NCBI GenBank assembly: GCA_002269645.1
Contig: NIVC01000459.1
Span: forward strand, 186,001-250,000
Origin: Macrostomum lignano
Lineage: Eukaryota
DNA length: 64,000 bases
Direction of reading: 5' to 3'
In this document: positions 13,201 to 23,249 of the stretch, in pieces
Numbering within the stretch: the stretch's first letter is position 1
Layout of the letters: each line of letters starts with the position of its first letter
The notes under the pieces: model-generated
The model's database searches: none
What the model saw: only the letters and a program-made list of their open reading frames with translations
Told to the model about the DNA's origin: nothing
Position numbers and translations under genes: made by a program

Positions 13201-15713
13201 TGTCCTTCTCCCATCTCCCTTGGCCACGGAGGTTGTCCTTCTCCCCTCTCCCTTGGCCACGGAGGTTGTCCTTCTCCCCTCTCCTTTGGCCACGGAGGTT
13301 GTCCTTCTCCCATCTCCCTTGGCCACGGAGGTTGTCCTTCTCCCCTCTCCCTTGGCCACGGAGGTTGTCCTTCTCCCCTCTCCTTTGGCCAAGGAGGTTG
13401 TCCTTCTCCCCTCTCCCTTGGCCACGGAGGTTGTCCTTCTCCCCTCTCCCTTGGCCACGGAGGTTGTCCTTCTCCAACTCTCCTTTGGCCACGGAGGTTG
13501 TCCTTCTCCCCTCTCCCTTGGCCACGGAGGTTGTCCTTCTCCCCCTCCCTTGGCCATGGAGCTTGTCCTAATTCTACCCCTCCTGTCTATCACTGGGGCC
13601 AGTCGATCCTCACCTGAGTCTGCGTGAGTCCCAGGCTAGCCGCCAGCTCGGCCCGTTCAGGCAGCGACAGGTACTGAGTCCGCTGGAATCGCTTGTTGAG
13701 CTGCTGCAGCTGCAGGCTGGAGTAGATGGTGCGCGGCTTGCGCATCTTCTTGCCTTTGACGCCGGTGCGAATGTGCAGCGCCTGCTCTTCGCCGCGGGAG
13801 TCTGCGGGTGTGCAAGAAGATGGCGACTAATACGGTTTGAGTCGCTTTCTCAATCAAGACTCGAGCATATTAAAGATCTTGTTAGTCAAATTCACTGACA
13901 TTATTAATAAAAATAGGTAGATTTTCGAATTTCGAATCTGCGTTAGTCCCGTGTCGTCAAAGTCGAACTTCTCAACAAGACAGGATGATAATTCGGAGCA
14001 ATTATTGATCAATTTTAGCAGCAATATTGGCCTGCAGCCCGCGATGTAAAGCACAGAACTTTAATTTTCCGGCCTACACTTCTTGTAATTTTTTCTCAAT
14101 CTCGATCCCAGCCAAAGAGATCTTTTTGCGAGCATGCAGGGTCTTTGTTTGATCTATTTTTCCCTAATGCCAATTTTTTCATCTCGTTTGACTCTGCTGT
14201 CCCGAAATCGAATCAATTTTGGAAGAAGAAACACAGCAGATTAAAGATTTGCGTCCTCTTTGAGAAGCCAGAAATAAATGATTCTGGGGGTTGGAAAAAC
14301 TGTTTCTTTTCTCAAAAAAAAACATTTTCTTTTACTGGCGTCTTTTCTTGGACAGCAATGGCTGGCTTCCTTTTTATCCGATTTCCGCACCTGCACAGGG
14401 CAAAGTTGAGCTGCTTATTTATGGACATCATGGCGCTGCAGGATGCAGTTTTGCGACCTGTCAATTTGAGCTTGAGGCCTGTTTTTGTCCTACATTGAGG
14501 CGATGAAGCAGCAGTAAACACCTGAAGAAAAAGCCACTGTTTGTTGACTGAATATATACTTTTTATAGGGAATTTTGAGCTCATAATCCAACTGGTGGAT
14601 TAAGCTTCATTAAGCCAGGGACCACTGCAGTCACGGAAGTGACTCCCATGCAGGCGGACCAGCCCAAGCCATGCAGTTCGTTTCCAAGAACAGCTTGGCA
14701 AGATGAGCGGAGAAAGCTTGCTGTCTGCAGGAAATTCTTCATCATTTCAGAATAGCGGGTCTTATGAGAATTTCCCGCAGGAAGTTTTCCCGCCGAGGTT
14801 TTCCCGCAGGGTTTTTCCCGCAGGGTTTTTCCTGTCGGAATTTCAAGTTAAATCCTATCGGATCTGAAATCTAATCTAGTCTAGTTATTAATCTAGTCTA
14901 GTTTATGTGCTAGTCTAGTTTATGTCTAGTCTAGCCTAGTCTAGTCTAGTTCTAATCTAGTCTAGCACTGTCTTTAGACTGGATTTGACTTGAAATTCCG
15001 ACTGTAAAAACCCTGCGGGAAAACCTCCTGCGGGAAAACCTCCTGCGGGAAAACCTCCTGCGGGAAAACCTCCTGCGGGAAAACCTGCTGTGGGAAAACC
15101 TCGCCGCGGGAAAAGCTCGCGCGGGCAAACCTCCTGCGGGAAAACTTCCTACGGGAAATTCTCGTGCTCCCGGAATAGCAAGAACCGATTTGGTCAATTT
15201 TGGTGTTGTTTTAAAGCTGAATATATTCTTCAGCACTAGAAAATAAGCACAACCATAAACAAATTTCTTACACCGACCAGGCCCACGGGGGGTATACATC
15301 CCCGTATCCCCCCTTGCCTACGCCACTGTTTCCAGGTCGATTTTTACCTTAAAAATTATTTCTTTGAATTTTCCTGCCGCACAATGAAACTCGTGCCAAT
15401 TGTGAGAAACAGCTTAGGAGCCAAGCTGTTTTCGGATCTGAAGTTTTTAATCTCGATTTTTACAATCTTCAACAAAATGAATGATAGAAATGTGACTTGA
15501 AAAGCTACAATGTTGTCTGCGGTGCTAAAATATTTTGTTCAAAATTATGGCCAAAATTATTTCATATAGATTTTGTTACAGAAGGGCGCGATAAGCATTT
15601 CTATTTGGCCCTCGAGTCTTTTAAGACTGCACAATCCGGCCCGGGCTTAACCTCTATGTCTCTTCACTCTCCTCTCATCTTTCTCATCTCTTCCCTCCTT
15701 TTATCTATCCTCT

Positions 15714-15754
<41 letters not shown>

Positions 15755-17295
15755 CTCTGTCCTCTCCTCTCTCATCGAGTCATCTGGCACCCAGTCAAGA
15801 GTCAAATGAAAGCTGGTTTTTATTTGGCCCTTAAGGTAAAAAAAGTTTGCCAATCCCTGTGACTTAAAAAGGCATCGACTATAGGAGTTGGGTGCTGTAC
15901 TACAGCCACTGCAAGGGTATCTCGACCAATTTAATTTTTAGTTTTTACAGTTACAACATCTGAATTGTTTGAATGTGGAACAATGTCCAACAGTGTGCTT
16001 ATTAAAATGGTTTAAATATATATGACCTCTCCTAATACTAAAACTGACGCGATGTTTGTGTGTATGTATGTTGTAAGTGAACTCCTATTACCTATAATTT
16101 TAATGCTTTCCGCTACCTTAACCAGCGTTAACTCACTAAACTCAAGAGGAAATTAGAAAAATAATAATTTTAGGCGGTTCTTCAAAAAACGTGTGCAAGA
16201 AATTATCCGCGCGCGGTTAATTAAAGTTCAAATCAATTACATCGATAGATAAAAAAGCGTTCAGAGCGAAATAAACTCTTAGATTTTGCGGTGCGGTGCC
16301 AAATTAAGCCATAAAATTTAAATTGAATCAGATAAAGGAGGAGCTAATTGAAATATTCCCGTGAGACAGACAGGCGTCTGATTGTCTGCTGGGTTTTCTA
16401 TTTTATTGCGATAAGAAGTGTAAGTGCTAAACTCTTAGATAGGAAACAATAAAGTGCATTGCGAACACGAGACGAGAACTTTAATTCACGCATCGTTTTA
16501 TAACCCAGGGGTAAATTTTCATATTTAAATTTTTGCAAAGCTTCACAAATTCCGTTGAATGGCATGGTATAATTACCGCCCGATTCAAACGGTGTATAGG
16601 ATGAAAACTTGCATATTTGTAATGTCAAAATGCATGGCTGATTAGGAGAAAGGGTCCCAAGCGGAGGAGGAAGGCTCCCAAGCGGAGGAGGAAGGGTCCC
16701 AAGCGGAGGAGGAAGGGTCCCCAAGCGGAGGAGGAAGGGTCCCAAGCGGAGGAGGAAGGGTCCCCAAGCGGAGGAGGAAGGGTCCCAAGCGGAGGAGGAA
16801 TGGTCCCAAGCGGAGGAGGAAGGGTCCCAAGCGGAGGAGGAAGGGTCCCAAGCGGAGGAGGAAGGGTCCCCAAGCGGAGGAGGCGGTCTAACATCCAAAG
16901 ATAGATATGAGTAGACAGACTTTTACCCAGGATCCGCCACTGCCATTACAGAAACAGAAAGAGCATATAAAATTGCAATTGAGCTCACCATCATTTCTCA
17001 CAGCACCGAGGCCGACAACTGTCGCGTGCCCGAAGCCCTGGCCGGCGTAGTACGGATGCTGAGCAGCCGCCTGATCCGAGTAGGAGCCGCCTGACAGGGG
17101 GTAGGCCGAGCCTAGAGGTGTCCTGGGAAATGCCCCCTGCGACTGGAGGGCAGAGGAATAGGCCGCGATGCCAGCTGGGTAGGCGGGCACGGACTGCTGC
17201 TGCTGTTGCTGCTGCTGGGAGCCGCCGAAATCGGCTGGCGGAGGGCTCGGCTCTGCCGGCTGGAAAGGGCCGGCCGTCATTTTTAGTGTTTCCAT
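9612..17295 (-). CDS. Dlx: Distal-less/Dlx homeodomain transcription factor, spliced CDS join(17295-16989,13801-13614,10649-10524,10226-9612), ~411 aa
   Basis: Homeodomain [46 protein letters not shown]|[14 protein letters not shown] is Dlx-diagnostic, with the canonical TQTQ|VKIW intron. All junctions are GT-AG and phase-compatible (1,0,0). The C-terminus has Q/H/A tracts and a YWY motif. Confidence 0.95.
10524..10649 (-). CDS. Dlx: Dlx exon 3 (helix 3 and acidic patch)
   Basis: ctcag|[42 protein letters not shown]|gtgagg. Confidence 0.95.
10708..10838. repeat. 24-nt minisatellite, Dlx intron 2 (3' end)
   Basis: GGGCGGTATTTGAGGGCGGTCTGG x ~5. Confidence 0.9.
11950..12170 (+). mobile_element. 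Degenerate RTE-clade LINE reverse transcriptase fragment in Dlx intron 2
   Basis: Frames give [22 protein letters not shown] and [15 protein letters not shown], resembling RT motifs FVDFxKAFD, NTSAxVxxxDGE and GVLQGDTLAPYLF; contains stops and frameshifts. Confidence 0.4.
13105..13560. repeat. 33-nt minisatellite, Dlx intron 2
   Basis: TCTCCCCTCTCCCTTGGCCACGGAGGTTGTCCT x ~14. Confidence 0.95.
13614..13801 (-). CDS. Dlx: Dlx exon 2 (homeodomain helices 1-2)
   Basis: cccgcag|AC TCC...[15 protein letters not shown]...TQTQ|gtgagg. Not shown in this frame in the ORF track. Confidence 0.97.
14766..15163. mobile_element. Foldback element with modular TIRs (TTTTCCCGCAGG subrepeats) and a central (CTAGT)n tract, Dlx intron 1
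   Basis: GAGAATTTCCCGCAGGAAGTTTTCCCGC...GTCGGAATTTCAAGT pairs with ACTTGAAATTCCGAC...GCGGGAAAACTTCCTACGGGAAATTCTC. Confidence 0.8.
15579..15859 (+). mobile_element. hAT-like MITE, copy with right end (TTGCCAATCCCTG), CT-rich interior
   Basis: Homologous to 4940-4990; the terminus resembles the reverse complement of CAGGGGTCGGCAA. Confidence 0.5.
16648..16885. repeat. 21/22-nt minisatellite, Dlx intron 1
   Basis: AAGGGTCCCAAGCGGAGGAGG x ~11. Confidence 0.95.
16989..17295 (-). CDS. Dlx: Dlx exon 1
   Basis: [19 protein letters not shown]...[20 protein letters not shown]...VRND G|gtgag. The start could be the second ATG at 17280. Confidence 0.8.
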
Positions 17296-17373
17296 TAATT
17301 TGCACTCTCTTTCTCTTTTTCTCTCTCTCTCTCTTCCCTAGGCTTGTTCTCTTTCCGTCGAAACTCTGGGAGT

Positions 17374-17499
17374 TAATTAGGCAAGTATTATAATGATTAG
17401 CGTGAGTAAATTACAAATTATAGAGAGGCAGGGCAAGGCAAATAATTACCGCCAGGCCAAGATTACTATTGACAATGCTTTAATTGTCCCCCCTAATCA
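17374..17499. promoter_or_regulatory. Cluster of homeodomain core sites just upstream of the Dlx start
   Basis: TAATTA 17374 and 17443, TAATGA 17391, TAATTG 17481, TAATCA 17494. Confidence 0.35.
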
Positions 17500-17869
17500 T
17501 AAGTGTTGGCCTTTAATAGGGCCGCCAGTGCCCCGCTGAGCTTATTGGTTGGATGGCAGAGCCGGGCGTGGTGTTATTGGCCGGGACGAGGTGGGGGCCT
17601 GGGGCAGAGAAGCCGCCCCCCAAATCAAATCCAAAGCTCACCGAATTCAAATTTGATCTTCCGGGGAACCCCCAGAAATGGGGCGCACCCAGGCTAGCCT
17701 CACTGTCTGCACGAAATCTCCATAATTTTTTGCAAAAGCAAAACCAAGTTTAAATAATCGAGTTTCATTGGAAATTGAGCACCAAAACCAAAATTTTACT
17801 CCATTGACTTCAAAACTGCTCTCACTCTCTGAGCAATAGCAAACTAACTGAAATTAATCATTTAGCCGG

Positions 17870-19170
17870 CGCCGCTAAATTGGCGCTAAAATCTCCCCTC
17901 CACTACATCGCAAATTGGCGCCAAAATCTCCCCTTGCGCCGCTAAATTGGCGCTAAAATCTCCCCCTACACCGCTAAATTGGCGCTAAAATCTCCCCCTA
18001 CACCGCTAAATTGGCGCTAAAATCTCCCCCTACACCGCTAAATTGGCGCTAAAATCTCCCCTACACCGCTAAATTGGCGCTAAAATCTCCCCCTACACCG
18101 CTAAATTGGCGCTAAAATCTCCCCCTACGCCGCTAAATTGGCGCTAAAATCTCCCCCTACACCGCTAAATTGGCGCTAAAATCTCCCCCTACGCCGCTAA
18201 ATTGGCGCTAAAATCTCCCCCTACGCCGCTAAATTGGCGCTAAAATCTCCCCCTACGCCGCTAAATTGGCGCTAAAATCTCCCCCTACGCCGCTAAATTG
18301 GCGCTAAAATCTCCCCCTACGCCGCTAAATTGGCGCTAAAATCTCCCCCTACACCGCTAAATTGGCGCTAAAATCTCCCCCTACACCGCTAAATTGGCGC
18401 TAAAATCTCCCCCTACGCCGCTAAATTGGCGCTAAAATCTCCCCCTACGCCGCTAAATTGGCGCTAAAATCTCCCCCTACGCCGCTAAATTGGCGCTAAA
18501 ATCTCCCCCTACACCGCTAAATTGGCGCTAAAATCTCCCCCTACACCGCTAAATTGGCGCTAAAATCTCCCCCTACGCCGCTAAATTGGCGCTAAAATCT
18601 CCCCCTACGCCGCTAAATTGGCGCTAAAATCTCCCCCTACACCGCTAAATTGGCGCTAAAATCTCCCCCTACGCCGCTAAATTGGCGCTAAAATCTCCCC
18701 CTACGCCGCTAAATTGGCGCTAAAATCTCCCCCTACGCCGCTAAATTGGCGCTAAAATCTCCCCCTACACCGCTAAATTGGCGCTAAAATCTCCCCATAC
18801 GCCGCTAAATTGACGCTAAAATCTCCCCCTACACCGCTAAATTGGCGCTAAAATCTCCCCCTACACCGCTAAATTGGCGCTAAAATCTCCCCCTACGCCG
18901 CTAAATTGGCGCTAAAATCTCCCCCTACGCCGCTAAATTGGCGCTAAAATCTCCCCTTGTGCCGCTAAATTGGCGCTAAAATCTCCCCCTACACCGCTAA
19001 ATTGGCGCTAAAATCTCCCCCTACACCGCTAAATTGGCGCTAAAATCTCCCCTTGCGCCGCTAAATTGGCGCTAAAATCTCCCCCTACGCCGCTAAATTG
19101 GCGCTAAAATCTCCCCCTACACCGCTAAATTGGCGCTAAAATCTCCCCTATATGACACTAGATTGGCGCT
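17870..19170. repeat. 32-nt minisatellite upstream of Dlx
   Basis: GCTAAATTGGCGCTAAAATCTCCCCCTACACC x ~40. Confidence 0.97.
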
Positions 19171-21026
19171 AAAATCTCTCACTAGTTAAGAATAACGAAC
19201 ACTGAGCTAATATAGAATGGATATTCCCATGAGTCCAGCACGGAGAATTGGGTAACACCAGCAGAGCAGCTATGAAACTCATTAAGGATTTTAAAGGAAT
19301 CAACTTGCGCGAATTCGAATGAAATTCAAAGCGCATTCAAAAACAAGGGACCAGGGGGAACAAAGGCGGGCAGTTGCCCCCCCCCCCTGGCACTGATTAA
19401 GATGGGTTCAGTCAGTGGCCCTCTTAACCCCGACATTGAGATTATTAATTGGAGTCAGCTGCCCCTCCCCGCCGGTGCAGTTGGGGTTAATTTTCCCTTC
19501 AAAAGTAACTCATTGATATCCCCATTGGCTTCGAAAAAGCAATATTATATTAAGTAATGCATATACATTAGTTGAATAACTATACTTGATATGCGTTTAC
19601 GCGATAGAACGATGAAATGATGAGAGCTGCGGGTGCTGACCGTGCTCAAATATATACGAGTATATGCTCCCACGCTCAGTAAAGTGAAGAGATTTCAACA
19701 TTTCGAATACCATTGTACGACTATATACAGTAATATACTCGTATATAGCTAGTGTATTGTGACAGCTATTTTTTCAACCCTCTGTTGATCTGTAGTAGCA
19801 GTTCTTTAACAGTTATGAGTGCAGCAGCAGCTCTTGCAAGCTAAAAACACTTTGACAAAAGACATGGGCAGACCTGTCACACAGCTGGAAGCCATATGCG
19901 ATGCAGAGCATGCAGAATGCAGATGCACAGCCTCACTCTCTGCTCCACTGACCGTCTGTGGCGCTGTATATTCAACACTCCTGTTCGTTTTTCATTTCTA
20001 TAGGCTATACAATGTCATCAGAAACCATTTATTTTCTCACGAAAATGATAACCCAAAATTAAGATTTTGTGTATAGCCATCTTAAATGAAAATGCCTCTG
20101 ATATTATAGCGGAAACGGACAGATGAGGGGTAGGAGATGCTGAGAATTTCACTTGACTGCACATGTTTAAATGCTGCAGCTCACAAGTCATGCTCCCGCA
20201 CAGCGTCCGTTGACATGAGGCGTTGACATGACTCTGAGATGCCATGGCCCCTGTATGCCATGCACCTAGGTCATCAACTTGTTGCATGCAAATTTTCGGA
20301 ATTAGCAAAACTTCTATTTTTTTTCTAATTAATGGATCATCCATTTGACACGGATCATTGTCAAACAAGTAGATATAAGAAGTTTTTGACAGTTGCATGC
20401 ATAAAATTTGAGCAGAGCAGAGCACGAAAGCTGTGCGCACGAAGAATGCGGGAGGCGAACATTTGAAGAGTCGTTTATCTCGCTGTCTCCATGCTAGATA
20501 AGCTCGAAGCTCTGCAAAAGGCAAAGAGTCTGACAAATCGCTCGCGCAGCGGGGAGGGAGGGAGGTTGAGAAGTTTGAGAACGAGTAGATGTCGATATAT
20601 CCAAGCAGAATCCTCGTCATCCCTCCCGCCCGCCAGGACCGCCCGTCGAGCAGCGAGGCAAAGAGCCGGGGACCGAGGAGACTGCGGGCAAAGGGGGAAG
20701 CAGGGAAGAAGAGGCTAATTACAGCGTATAGCCCAGATAAAATAATTGCCGGCTGCCGTTTGACTAGAAGATTGCAGCGGAAGAGGAAGTGGCCAATTTT
20801 TTGTTTCAGTCGCTATCTTGGCTGCTCTCTCTGTCTCTCCTTGCTGCTGCTGCTGCCGCTGCTGCTGCAGTATCTCTTTTATCAGTTCTCTGTGTCTGCT
20901 CGGCATGCGATTTTATAGTTTAGATGCGCAGTCGAATTCTGTGCCGATTTGTTCTGTTCGGAGCAGAAGTGGCAAACGCTTGCATGCTTGGTCACGAAAG
21001 CTGGTGTGGGAGCTGCAGGCAGCGAG

Positions 21027-21057
<31 letters not shown>

Positions 21058-21356
21058 CGCTTCGCTCGCTCTTTCTCGCTATCTACCATCTATTGCCAGG
21101 ACCTGCACCGGAGCGGTTACGAAAATTAAATTTCTCGGTAGTTGCTCGCACTCTTTTGCACTACTTGAGTAGTCTGATTTTCGTTCGGCATGGCTGGTTC
21201 CAGCAGGTAGTTCCTCTGGATAAAAGCGCTTACCGCGCCCATTGGCTTTCCAGCTGCCTTAATCGTTTCCGGTGATCTTGTGTGCGTGATTTCAGCGTGA
21301 TTGGCTGCGGCAAGCAAGCTCGAAAGAGCTCGCTTCGTTCGCTCTTTCTCGCTATC

Positions 21357-21647
<291 letters not shown>

Positions 21648-22189
21648 TTCTCTGTAATAAACATGAATTTCGACGCATTCAGGTTTCTACTCGTAACCAG
21701 TAGTATGGTTAGCTCATCATATTAGGTTGAATATGAGCGTAAATTTAGTTACTTGTAAGCACAAACTTGAGAAATAATTAGAATGGAGAAGAAATCGTGT
21801 ACAAATGAAATGAGCTACGAAAAGCGACTGTCTATGCTTTGATTTTCGTCCACTCATTGCGCACACTAAAGCTGCTCGGCCCACCTTGGCTTATCACTCG
21901 CTTCGGCTATCAGATTTGAAGCGAGTTCAATTACCTTCAGCTGGATCGGGTACGGGTGACTTTAAGAGCTTCATTACTAAAATTCTTTTTTAATGCCCTG
22001 GCTTTATCTATTTTTTGTAGATACTACATGCATATGAACGCTTTTTGGCTCAGTTGAGATATCTTGACAAAATTAATGCATAGCAAATTTACTGTGCCAA
22101 ACAACAGTACGAGCTAGGGGCTCGCTTGATTGATCTTGGGTGAGTAGACAACATCTGCTTTGCCAAGTTTTAAGCCTTGCTGTTCTCGC

Positions 22190-22680
22190 TCCCCTCTCTC
22201 TCTATCCCCTTTCTCTCCCTCTCTCCCCTCTCTCCCTCTCTCCCCTCTCTCCCCTCTCTCCCTCTCTCCCTATCCCCTTTCTCTCCCTCTCTCCCCTCTC
22301 TCCCTCTCTCCCCTCTCTCCCTCTCTCCCTCTCTCCCTATCCCCTTTCTCTCCCTCTCTCCCCTCTCTCCCTCTCTCCCCTCTCCCCTCTCTCCCTATCT
22401 CCCCTCTCTCCCTCTCTCCCATCTCTCCCTATCCCCTTTCTCTCCCTCTCTCCCCTCTCTCCCTCTCTCCCCTCTCTCCCCTCTCTCCCTCTCTCCCTAT
22501 CCCCTTTCTCTCCCTCTCTCCCATCTGTCTCCCTCTCTCCCTTCGCTGTCCCCTCTCTTTCCCGCTCTCTAAACCTTTCTCTCTCTCCTTCTCCCTTCAC
22601 TCTCTCCTTTTCCTGCCCCCTTCTCTCTCCCTTCTCTTCCGCCTTTTCTCCATCTTTTCTCCATTTTCTCTCCTATCCGT
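22190..22680. repeat. CT-rich polypyrimidine low-complexity tract upstream of PIG-W
   Basis: CTCTCTCC/CTCTCC modules. Confidence 0.93.
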
Positions 22681-23046
22681 CTGTCTTTACTCGGTCTCGC
22701 TTTTGTCTCTTTCGTTTCATTTTTGCCTGCCATCTTGTGATGCGGCCATCCAGAAGCCCTGCTCTTTTAGGCTTTTTGGACTGGATCAAAAAAAAATTTC
22801 TATTGACAACAGCGCCTCATCAACTAGTTATTGTAATCCGTCTTTGTTCCAATCGTCTTTTTTGCTCCCAATATGAGCGTATACACTCTATTTTAGCTCG
22901 TAAGTTGGCAAAATTTTGTCTATGACCAAGATTGATCACATTTGAGTCTTAAAAACAATATGATATGCAATTAAATATATCTTTCCATAGAGGTTGGACT
23001 TGTCTCGGCCCGAATAGCTCCGGTTTAGGCGTGTATACATTAGGCT

Positions 23047-23249
23047 ATGGAAGCCGTATGGAGGTTCTTCGCCGAGCAGTACGAGCCCCGAAACCCGTTC
23101 AGCATCGAGCTGCACAGGAACCCGACCCGGTCACTGTACTATGAGACCTTTCTGGCCACGTCGGCCCTCACCGCTTCTGTGCTGCTCATCTATTCTCTGG
23201 AGTACGCCGCTGCCAGAAGCTGCTGTTGGCGTTTGCTGAAGCTGAGCAG
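23047..23249 (+). CDS. PIGW: PIG-W exon 1
   Basis: MEAVWRFFAEQY...LLKLS AG|gtag; phase 2 matches the acceptor at 26015. Confidence 0.75.

Noticed and set aside
12436-13627. ORFs of 113-255 aa in Dlx intron 2
   Set aside because: Mostly translations of the 33-nt repeat; the unique parts show no domain motif
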